Positions 22,612 through 34,800 of a DNA stretch of 64,000 nt are shown piece by piece. The stretch's first letter is position 1. Each line of letters starts with the position of its first letter. Where the stretch lies: positions 1 through 64,000 of the forward strand of contig MCFH01000026.1 in assembly GCA_002104945.1 (NCBI GenBank), written 5' to 3'. The DNA comes from Piromyces finnis finn (taxonomy: Eukaryota; Fungi; Neocallimastigomycota). The notes under the pieces were generated by a model. It worked only from the letters and a program-made list of their open reading frames with translations. It was not told the DNA's origin and did no database searches. Made by a program: the position numbers and the translations under genes.

Positions 22612-22712
22612 GAATATGAGACATATTGTAATGTGTCAATAATTAGTATAAATAATAGAGAAAAACAACATTATAATAAGATACAAAATGATAAAGGAAA
22701 GGTTGATCTTAC
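22612..22712 (+). repeat. ~100-bp direct repeat, right copy
   Basis: Matches 18641-18740. Confidence 0.9.
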
Positions 22713-23139
22713 TCATTCCAAACTAAATATTTAAATAGAAAATTATAAGCATCTCTTAAATATATTAACATTTAAAAATATTTTTATATTATGTTTAATG
22801 AATGAATTTTAAATTAATAGGAAAAAGGTATGTATACACTATAAAAAAAACTATAAAAAAAACTTTTTTTTAATTAAAAACAAAAATTGAAGAATCGAAT
22901 GTTCTATAGTTTTTGATCTTTAAAAAAAATAAAAGAATAAAAACTTTAATTTTTTTTTTACTAAAAAAGAAGTAATCTATTAATATTTTATGCATGAAGA
23001 AAATAAAGTAAATAAATATTATTAATATTTATTTTTAAAATTAAAGTAATATTATTAATTCATGTTTATTTTGTAAATAATTAATCTTTTACTATTAGTT
23101 AAAAATCCTAAAGTTTTAAATAAATTAAAAATTTGTTAA

Positions 23140-24424
23140 TGTTAAATATTTAATTGGAATTTGTCCAAGCATTAATTAATTGGATGTTATTTGTTGAAAA
23201 AATATGTTTGAAGGTCATAGTGAGAAAGATTCAATAATCAAAGACATAAAACTTTTCATTTTAGATGAATCATACTTTAAAAACTTAAAGTCTATGATGA
23301 AATTGATAGTGATATTATAGTAAATTTTTTTTGTATGATATTTATATGATTATGTTAATAATTATATAAATAATAATAATAAAATTTATATTTATAAAAT
23401 TGTAAAATTATACGATTATAAATAATTTAGGAATGTAGCAAGTGCAGTTTTATAATTAATACCAATGGATTTATTATTAGCATTATATGGAGGTATGTTT
23501 TTATTATTTTATAATTAATAATAATATTATTATTAATCTTTTTAATTTTATATACTACTTTCCATTTTTAATTTTTTTTTATTATATATTTTGTTTACTT
23601 TTAATTATAGAAATCATTTTTAAAAAATATTTAATAATAAAATAATTTTTTTTTAATTAATATTTATTATATAAAGGTATTGAGGAACCTCTTGGAGATA
23701 ACATAATAGCAAATGTTTGTTATGATCAAACTGATGTAGTATTTAAATGTGCTGCTGGAAGACATTTTGTTTTAGAAAATTTTAATAATGATTTTAAAGT
23801 ATATACTGAAAAGCTTTTGGAATATATTAAAGTATGTATAATAGAATTCCTCTCAAATGAAATAACTTGATGACGAAATCGTTGAATATACATTCAAAAA
23901 GATTGATGCTATAAAGGAATTGATGGAAGTAAACATAATGTAGATGGAAAAGTAATTAATGATAAAATATATATTTTATTATTACTATTATTATTATTAT
24001 TTAATATATTACTTTCAAATACATTGTAATTTTTAAAATATTATTATATTTCTATTTACTAATAAATATAATTATTATTAATATTGATCTATAGATGACT
24101 CTTTCAGAAAACCTTGAAGATAACGGTGGTTTAGTCAGTTCATATTAATCATGGAAACTTTCTTTAAACGTAAATCCAGAACGTGTTAAGAAAGAAAATC
24201 AATTACTTTCAGACTTTTTAAAACATACAATGAATCAATCATTCTTTTATTTCATATGGTCAAACATGGTATGATAATGATTATTTATATAGTCAACAAG
24301 ATGTTCATTCTCCAAGTAGTGTTCGTGTTAGAGGATCTGTTGCTAATTATAAAGAATTCGCATCTGCTTTCAATTGTCCACAAAATCAAAAGTGAATCCA
24401 GAAAAGAAATGTGAACTCTGGTAG
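23140..24424 (+). pseudogene. M13 (neprilysin/ECE-like) metallopeptidase pseudogene
   Basis: TLSENLEDNGGL (~24097), FISYGQTW, DVHSPSSVRVRGSVANYKEFASAFNCP, then a frameshift, then NPEKKCELW*. Upstream fragments are disrupted and no HExxH was found. Start is approximate. Confidence 0.75.
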
Positions 24425-25009
24425 ATAAAAAAATTAGAAAATGTTCAGTTAGATTAATTACAATTTAATAAAAATAAATATTATTTATTACAAAATAGAA
24501 TAAATAATATATAAATTATAAAAAATATATATAAGTTATAGAATATATATATATATTCTATTTAATATTGTTTATAAAAAAAAAAACTGAAAAAAAAATT
24601 TATTAATAGCAATAAATTTAATATTGTAATAATTATAATAATTATAATATAAAATATATTATAATTAAATCGGAAGGATATTCACTTCTAAGTTTAACAA
24701 TAATGTTATTATTAATTAAATTGAAAAAAATAAAGAATTAGTTTTATATTATTTTTTTTATGGGTATATTATTTGCTTGATGGTAAATATGATAATATAA
24801 AAGATTTCATTAAAAAGATCGAAAAATCCATGTATTATATTAATACGATTGTTTGTGTTATGATAAAGACAATTTTTTAATAAAAATTACTACGTCCTAC
24901 TCTCGTAGCATTTTTTACCAATGCAATTCTTATTGTTAGTAGCTCTATGAAACTAATTTTTGAAAAGTTTATAGCAAGACATCTAATGTAATATCAAGAA
25001 CGGTGATAT

Positions 25010-25140
25010 ATTTCTTCATTTCAAGCTAAGAAATATGTGAAAGACGTAAATTAGACAATATAGAAACATACTTTACTTTTTTGATCATATAAAAAAAGCC
25101 TGCGATTCAGTTCCTACTGTTAATGTTTTACATAGTTTAT
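25010..25140 (+). mobile_element. LINE relic (RT region)
   Basis: aagaaatatgtgaaagacgtaaattagacaat...aaagcctgcgattcagttcct is a decayed EICRRRQLDNKETYLAFLDLRKAYDSVP. Confidence 0.75.
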
Positions 25141-25452
25141 TATAAATATTTATTATTCATTAAATAAATTTTTTTTTGAATTTTTCCAATAAATTTTTTA
25201 TTATTTTTAATATATATTAATTAAATAAAATATACAAATAAAGAGAAAAATAAAAATTAAAAATAAAAAGTTAAAAAAATAAAAAATAAAAAGTAAAAAG
25301 TAAAAAAAAAAAACAAAAAAAAAAAAAAAACATAAAATTTTAAAATAAACAAGAAAATAAATAAATAAAATAATAAATGAATTAAAGAAAAATAGCACTT
25401 TTGAAATTCAAATAAAAGTAGATTATTGTTATTTTTTTTTTTTTTTTCAGAA

Positions 25453-27519
25453 ATGTCACTAATTCCTATCTCTTCTCGTTTAGTAAATCCAATTCTCAAA
25501 AAAACTTCTCTAACTATTATTAATAATAGTATTGTCAGAAATCGGTAATAATAACGTTATATATATATATGATAAATACATAAAATAGTACTATATAATT
25601 AATTTTTTTTAAAAAAAATACTTATTTAATAACAAATTTTTATATGAAATTATGTTTATACTGATTGAAATCTATCCATTTTTTAAATTTAATAATTAAT
25701 AGTCAATTTTATTCAACTGAAAATGGTCCAAAGGTATATATATATACACAATGTAATAAAAGAACTTAAAATGTAGAAATGAAAGAATCGTTTAATAATT
25801 ACTATGAATATGTATATATATTTAAAATTTAATTATAAAAAAAATATAAATTTTGTAATTAAAATTTAAAGGTAGAAATTTCAAATTTACAATCAAGCAA
25901 AATCTCGGTATTTTATCTCTTCTTTTATAATAATAATTATCATGATATATAATAAATATATATAATACTTATTATTTTTCGAAAAAAAATAATATGTATA
26001 TAGAATAAAAGTATTAATTCAAACTCTATTATTTTATGTTTTAATTATCCAAAAAAAAAAAAAAAAATGTAACAATCATTGAAAAAATTAATATATGAAA
26101 AATGAAAATGATTTATACAATAAGGATAAAACCCCAGAAGAAGATAATAAAACTAATATTCAAGAGAAAACCAATAATTATATTCCTTTAACCAAAAAAC
26201 AAAATAAAAAATTTGCACAAAGAAATAAATCAAAATATTATTTATTTGCCGCTCTTGGATTGTTAAATTTAATTCCATTATACTATATTATAAAAAAGAG
26301 AAATAATTTGGTAACCATAATATGCATTAAATTTATTTATTAAAATTTATTATATATAAATATTATTTCATTTATATATATATGATTTAAATAATTTATT
26401 TTTTGATAATAAGTAATTCTAATTATCTTTTTTATATAAAAAATTAATGGTAAATAATAAAAGAATGATTATAATTCCTCGGATATTTCAAAAGTAAAAG
26501 AAAACCAGAAAAATGTAAATTTTTAAAAAAAAAAAATCATATTTTTATTAAAGTTTTTTTTTGTCAATATATTTATAATAATAAATAACAATTAGTTCTC
26601 TATTAGTTTTATACACATATATATATATCATTAATTGTTCTTTTTTTTTTTTTTTCTTATTATTTAATATATATGAATGATTAGTATGATCCAAATATGC
26701 GTCAACAAATGGCAACTTATTTATATTCTCTTCAAAATGATATAGTTCAAATAATAGAAGAAATAGATCCAAAAATTAAATTTAATCGTAGTAACTGGAA
26801 TCAACGTTCTAAGAACTTAACTGGTGGTGGTACAAATTGTAATTTTGATAATGGTAAAGTGTTTGAAAAAGCCATTGTACAAGTTAATGTAGAATCCGGT
26901 TCTCTTTCACCTTTCCAAGTTATTGAATTATTAACTACAAAACCACCTGTTCAAATTATTTCAAAATCATTAAATGATAAATTTACATATTATAAAGCTA
27001 GCCTTTCCTCTATCCTTTATCCACAAAATCCAAATGTTCCTACATCCTTTTTAGACCTTGCCTATAATGAAATAAAAAATACTTCCACCGGTAAAATTTA
27101 TTGGTGGTTCAGTGGTGGTAATGATTTATCTGAATCCACCCTTTTCCTTAGTCCACAAGAAAATCTACCCACAAAAGATAATGATATTAATGATTTCTTC
27201 CAAAAATTTGAAACTGAATTAAACGAATTTAATCCATCCTATTATCAAGAATTTATTAAAGAGGGTAAAGATACAACATATATATATCATCGTGATGAAA
27301 TTCGTGGTGTTGGTGGTCTTTACTTTAATGATTTAAATGAAGATAAACCACAAAATCTTCTTTCTACTGTTATTCAATGCTTTGCTCAAAAAACATATCA
27401 ATATTATAAACCACTGGTTGAAAAGAGAGATAAACTTGTCTATACCCTTTCAGATAAAGAAAAACAAGCTGAAAAAAATAGTCGACTCGTAGAATATGAA
27501 TTAGTAAGTTTAAAATGAA

Positions 27520-27607
<88 letters not shown>

Positions 27608-27834
27608 GTTATTATTATTACTATTATTATTATTACTTTTTTTTATTACTTTTTTTTTAATTCATATATATATACATATATTTATATATTTATTTTGTAA
27701 CATAATATAATTAATAGGTATCTAAATTATCTTCAAAGGTTGATGATTCTCGTATAAAGAATATTGATAAAGTTCTTCCTTTACTTCCATTAAATGTTTC
27801 ATGGATGAAAAGTAAAGTAGAAATAGAAAATTAA
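25453..27834 (+). CDS. Divergent coproporphyrinogen III oxidase (HemF/Hem13/CPOX fold) with presequence and TM segment; about 7 exons
   Basis: GKVFEKA, SSILYPQNPNVPT, WWFSGGNDL, HRDEIRGVGGLYFNDL, RLVEYEL, LPLNVSW. GT-AG exons join in frame: first exon 25453-, main exon 26685-27503, last exon 27718-27834. Confidence 0.82.
27521..27615. repeat. (TAT)n microsatellite in the last intron of the CPOX-like gene
   Basis: Read directly from the sequence. Confidence 0.95.
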
Positions 27835-28267
27835 AAAAAAAAAGAAAAAGAAAATAATAAAAAAGATTATTTTTTTTTTCTTTTTGAATAAATTATTTAA
27901 TTATTTAATAATATTAACAGTATTATCTTAAATAAAGTAAATCATAAGTAATCAATATAATAAAAATTATTTATAGCTTCGCTTTTTATATATATAAAAA
28001 AAGAGGGTAAATTGATGATTTTATAGTGTAATATATATTTATTATTTTATATTAGCTACTTTCTACTATTAATAATTTTTTACTGTTTTGATCACACTTT
28101 TTCTTTTAAAATGAAAATAAATAAAGTTTTAGAATTAATAATAAAATAGTTTTATTTATATGATTATGAAAAGGGCAATAGAAAAAGAAAAGGTATAGCA
28201 GATAAATTAAATTCATGTTAAGCTTTAATTATTATTGAATTTTTTTTAAAAGAAATAAATTCTAATT

Positions 28268-28300
<33 letters not shown>

Positions 28301-28848
28301 AATTTATAAAAATAATAATAATAATAGAAGAGGTATATATTATAGAATATAAATTCAATTATAATAATGCCTTTTTAAAGCAGTATAATTATTTTAATTC
28401 TTTATGATCCATGGCCCATGTTATATAATAAAGAAATTGAATTTATTTTATTATTTTATTATATATTAATTTTAAGAAAAGTTAAATCCTTTATTATATA
28501 ACTTAAAAAGGTTTCTTTTAACTGTTAATACATATCTTTTTATTTTTACTTTTTTTTTTTTTTTCTATAAATGTTTATATAAATCATTTTCATAATATTT
28601 TAAAAAAATTAAATTTTTTAAATTTTTTAATTAAAGGATACCAATAAATTTAAGGCTTTAATTTTTCTTTAATTTTTAATCTTGAAAAATCATTGCAAAT
28701 TGAAACATTGTTAATTTACTTATCTGTTTTTTTTTTTTTTTTTTTTTAACTATTAATTATATAAATACAAATAAAATAAAGATAATATCTTTTTTAAATA
28801 TTATTATATTTTTAAATAAACTATTTTATTAAAAGTAAAAAAAAAAAA

Positions 28849-30305
28849 ATGTCATTTATTCCACAAGGTGTTTCACCTTTTCTTCCAGGAAATAATTATA
28901 TGAAACTCGACTATGGCGTTAAAAAAGAAGTTGATAGATCATTAATCTTGAGAAAAAAGAATAATAAGATTAATTATAAGAAATGTTCAGATAATGAACT
29001 TTTAGATTTATTAAAAAAGAATGAAGAATTATTAAATAATAAGTATGTATAAATTATTATTATTTAATTTAGTATTTAATATATATATATGTATAATGAT
29101 AATAATAACGATATAATAATACAATAATTATAATTAATTTTATTCTAATTTTATGATAATTTAAAAAATCTTGTATATCAATTTGAAATTTACATTCGAA
29201 AATTTAAGAGAATTGCTTGCAAAACTTCCAGATAAAGGTGAAAAAATTCATATAAAAAATAAAGAAATTAAAGAAGAAATATCAAATAGAAACATTACTA
29301 TTGAAAAGAAGAAAAATAATGATGTTGATAATAATAACAAAGACAAAGATACTCCAACGGAAAATGAAAATAAATCAACCAATTCTAATACAGAGAATCA
29401 AAAAGATAATGAAGATATTAATGTTATGGAAATTGAATCACTTAATCAAAAGTTTAAAACCATTGACATTTCAGATAATACTGATAACATAAATATAAAA
29501 GCACCCAAGGTTAAACGTGGACAAGCTAAAATTGCTGAAAAGATATTACAAAATAGTACTATTGTAAGTTTTATTTGTTGAAATTTATATGCTTATTTAT
29601 TTAAATATATAAGCTTTTAATCATTTTATTAATTCAATAAATATTATGTTTTTTTTTTTTTTTGGAAACTTTATATTTTATAATTACATCATATTATACC
29701 AATTAAATTCATTATATATATATTATTTATATTTTAATAGAATAATTCATCATTTATGATACGTCACGAACCAAATAAAAGTCATTCAAAAATCATTTCA
29801 ATTCAAGAATCCCTTGAACTTCAAATTCAACAAAGGAAAATTCAAAAGGTAAATATATCAGTAAAATAAATAAATAAAAGAATAATAATAACAATATTAG
29901 ATTTAATATAATTATCATTATTATTTATTTATAATCACCCATTAACCATTTTATTATTCTAAAAAAAAAAATAGGAAATTGAAATTAATGAAGCTAAAAA
30001 GAGACTTAAAAAAACTATTATGTCAACAGGTCCAGTTAAATTCCATAGTACAGAGTAAATATTTATATTCATATTTTAAATATTTTATAGTTTTTATAGT
30101 TAATAATTTGTATTAATGTATTGACTTTTTTTTCTTTTATATTGGTAAACTCTATAGATATAGAAACACTAATAATGAATTTGATGATGATGATAATGAT
30201 GACGATGCCATTGATCACAATAATAATGAATTTAATGATAATGATAGTTATTATGACGATAGTTCTGATGCTGAAGCTGATGAATTCTTATTTGGTTATA
30301 AATAA
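28849..30305 (+). CDS. Gdown1/POLR2M (GRINL1A)-like protein, 5 exons
   Basis: N-terminal MSFIPQGVSP...ELLDLLKKNEELLNNK|ELLAKLPDKGEKI and C-terminal KIISIQESLELQIQQRK...EYRNTNNEFDDDD...SSDAEADEF resemble human Gdown1 motifs as recalled (KLPDKGKKI; LLSIEESLALQKQQ; RYREVRDEDDD..SSDEF). All introns are GT-AG and in frame. Confidence 0.62.
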
Positions 30306-30683
30306 ATATAAATTCCAGAAATCCATAAAAATTATTAAAGATAAAATCGATATAACGATATTTTTAAAATATGTCATTAAAAATAATTATATTTTTAATA
30401 TTATCCTTTCATAAAACAAAACTCCAACTAGCGCTAGTAGTATAATAACATTAATCTTATTATAAAATATTATTTTTAGCATATACCATAAATTATAGAT
30501 TGTAAAAAATATTAATTATTTTCATTTTTATATATATATATAAATTAACATATCTTTTAAAGTTTTATAAAATTTAATTAATAAAATATAAAAATTAAAA
30601 ATTCTTTTTTTTCTTATGGTTTTTCATATTATAATAAAAAGAAATTTTACTTTTTTTTCTTAACTTGTATGAATACCTAAATG

Positions 30684-30716
<33 letters not shown>

Positions 30717-30979
30717 ATATTTATTATATTACTTATAAAATAAATAAAAATAAAAAAGTAATAAGAAAAAGAATGAAAAAAGAAAAATAAATTTTGTTTT
30801 TGTATTGATATTTATTCTTTTTATTGAGAAAAAACTATAAAATACATTTAAAAGATTTTAAATAAATTAAATTTTGAGAAATAAAAAAAAAAGATATGTT
30901 TTAATGTAATGGATATATTATGGGTATTTTTCTTTATATTATATAAAAAAATTAAAAGTAAAGATAAATTAATTTTTTG

Positions 30980-31592
30980 TTAACTTGTTTCTCCATCATC
31001 TTCCTTTCCATCATTATTATTTTCGTTATTATTATTGAATCTTCTTTCTGCCGCTTCTGCCATTAATCTTCTTCTTTCTTCTGGTGTCATATTTTTAATA
31101 TCAATACCTGGGTTTTCTGTTCCTATAATATATATGTTATCATTTATTGTTATTATTTTATTATTATTAACAGTAATAGTAGTAGTAATAGCAGTACTAT
31201 TATTATTATTTTATCAATAGTAATGCTAATATTTCTACATAAAATGGAAAATACAACAATTAATATATACCTAGTTTTCTTCCTACTGGAGGTCTATTAT
31301 TTTTCTTTTTATTATTTGGTCTTCTTCCATTATTGTTATTGTTGTTTGACGTATTTGATTGAGTTTCTATTTAAATTAAAATGAAAATACAATGAAATTT
31401 GGTAATTAAATTACATTTTTCAAATTTGAATTTACTATTTTTTTTTTTTCCAATTATTAAATAATAAATAAATGAATATCTTTATTTTATATATATTTTT
31501 AAATAATAAAATATTTTACTTTGATTTGTATTTGTTTTTGTTTTTTGTTGAGTTTTTACTCTTGTTGTTCTTGTCTGTACAGTTCTTGTCAT
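30980..31592 (-). CDS. Small 3-exon protein with a VCP/Cdc48-interacting (VIM)-type motif
   Basis: MTRTVQTRTTRV...GRKLG|GTENPG...PEERRRLMAEAAERRF...ETS*; contains R-x5-AA-x2-R. Canonical splice sites. Not in the ORF track. Confidence 0.6.
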
Positions 31593-31894
31593 ATTAATAT
31601 TTATTAAGTAAAAAGTAAAAAAAAAATAAAAAAATATAATTTAATTTTATTTTTTTAATTTTGATTTTATTAATATAAATTTAATTTAATAATATTATAT
31701 TTTATTATAAAAACTTTAATAAATATGGAATTGTTTTGTAATTATTATTAAAAACTAATTTTGTTATGATTTAAATATTGTACTATAAATTATCTTTTGT
31801 ACTGTAAAATCAACTGTCTCAATCAATTTACAATACTATTATTAATATTTACACATTTACATATAGTTATTTTTTTTTTTTTTACATTTCATTT

Positions 31895-34800
31895 CTAAAA
31901 TATGATTTCATTAACAAGATATAATGTACTTCCAATGAAACGAATACCACTAAGAATGAATACACTACAAAGTACAAATATAAGATATGGATTTATATAC
32001 ATATCTTGGATTTCTATATAACGTTCCTTTGTATTAAATACAGTTAAACAGAAGATTAATAATATTGAATTACAGAATATCCAGAAAAGAACCATATATG
32101 TACGGAACTATACAAAAAAAGTATTATACAATATTAATATTAATTTATATACATTAATTATTATTCTTACTAAAATTATAAAAAATATATGAGTTTTTTA
32201 TACTTACGTTTTGTTTTCCATCTTGAATTACTTGATTAGAATCAACAGATTTTTCAGCAATAGGCTTACCTCTCTTAAGTTCTGGAAGTAATTTCTCATA
32301 ATGAGAATTAATATCATCTTTAGATGGTAATTCAACATGAATTGTATCACCGGGTTTAGCTGTAACACTACCGAGCTTTGAAGATGCATCATCTGTGGAA
32401 CCTTTAGTACCCCAAGAAACATCATGTGTATTACAAAAAGCGTAAACCATTAAAATGTTAACAAAAGATGGTAAAAGAAGCATGTATTGGATAAATGAAG
32501 TAAACATGTGTGCTGGTTGTAAATGAAGGAAAGATGAAATAAAGTAAAGACCATAGGTTGCTAATAATGAGAAGAACATTAATATTAAATTTACATTTTG
32601 GCTTTTTTTTAAAATATATTTATAAAATAGATTTAAAATTATAAATATTATATATATTAATTTATTGATCAATTTATATATATAAGAAATTTATTTATTT
32701 AAAAAAAAAAAAAAAAACACTTACATCATATCACTAAACTCCATATCCTTATATATTTTATAGGCTTGATAAAGTGTAATTGATGTAAGAACTAACATAA
32801 ATCTATATAAAAGAATTATATTAATTTTTCATATTTAATATATAATATATAATATTCATACGTAATAATAATTATTTAATTGTAAACTATTTACATCATG
32901 ACAATAGCAAATAAAATAATACAAGCTAGATATAAGAATCTTGAACCTTGAGGTCTATTACCAAGTGAACAAATAAAAATACAAATAACAGCATATGCAT
33001 AAATAGTTTCCATAATTAAAAAGATACGATCACCATGTTCATCTAAAAATTTAATCTTTTTTTTTTTTATTTTAATTTAATTATATAGTATTATTATTTT
33101 TAATTTTATAAATTTTTTCGATTTTTTTAAAAAAATAATTAAAAGTAAAAATTTAAAAGATTTTGTTAATACATACACCAGTATTTGCTGAATTATCTTT
33201 GACCATACCAGCAAGGAAATAGAATGTTAAGAAGAAGTTTGCTCTAAATTAAAATTATTTACATATTTAAAATATTTTATATAGGAATTTAAAAAAATTA
33301 TACTCGATTGTAAATATTGTATATATATATATCTGTAACATACAATCCAAACCATGAAAAGAAAAGATTAAATAAATTATAAACGTATTCAAAAACAAAA
33401 ATAATTTTCCTGAAAAGAGAATGTTCTGTTCTATATACTTCCATCCAATTATAAGTTGAATATAATGAAGCAAAGAAAGAGCCGTTTAACCAACGACGAC
33501 GTTGAGAAATAAATTCAGGAATATTATCAGGTACATCGGTTTCAGCTTTAGCTGACTATTCATTATATTTATAAAATATATAATGGTAAAAATAATTAAA
33601 AAAAAATAGAAATAATATATATATATAATTTTTTATTTTTATTCACTTACTCTAACATATTTTAAAACATAATTAGCACCTTTTTTAGCTACTAATTCAA
33701 AACATAAAATTCTATCTTCAGCAAGATACATATTAGATTTAAATAAACTTCCATCTGGACGTTCATGTAAAGTTTCTCCTTTAAAGTAGGCATCTAATGG
33801 TTGGCCTTGTAAAGCAGAAAAACGATCTATTTGAATTAATATTAATTATATTAATTAAATATATATATATATATATATTTTTGATATGTTTAATTACAAA
33901 TAAAAAAATATAAAATTATTAATATTTTTACAAGCTGAAAAAGCACCGGGAAGTACAGATATATAACCAAACATTGATTCTAATGGTTTATCTAAAATAT
34001 TACTCATCTTTTTTAAAAAGAATCAAATAATTGAATGAAAAAAAATTTTAATTATAAATATACTATAGAAGTTTTCTTATTATATTTTTTTTTATTGAGA
34101 TTTTGTTATTTTACCTTATATTCAAAATGTTGTGTGGCGACAAGTGGATTTAATAAATTTTTCCAATGTTTACCCAAATCACATTTAATTTCACCACAAG
34201 CACCGGCAACTTGTTTATCTTTATCAAAAGCTTTCCATAAAGCATGAATAGATGTACTAGTTGGTCTTGTTCCAACATCAATTAATACACAAACATTAGG
34301 TTTAAGAATTCTTCCAAATGCATTAAAGAACCAACGATGACTATTAATCTTTTTTTTTTTTCATATTAATAATAATTTAATTATAATTATGAAGAAAATT
34401 GTTAAATAATCATTATAACTTTTTTTAATCTTTTTCTTTATTCACCTTTATTCTATTATATAATTTAAATTTTATATTATAGTAAATTATAATGTTATAA
34501 AAATAAATTACCTTTTTCTTATTTTTTTCTTTTAAACAGAATAATATTTGAACTGGTAAATAATTATCAGTTGCACCTTTAACATTCATTTTAGTATCTA
34601 AAAATAATTGAGTTGTATATCTTTTTTTATATTTATTTAAAAAAAATAAAAAAAAAATTAATATTAAATAATTATATGATTATAATTTTATATCATTAAA
34701 AATATTTTTCGATCCTAATTTTTATATTCATATCCAAATTAATTATATTTTAAAAAAAATCATTTTTTTTATTTTATAAACAAATTATTATAATATAATT

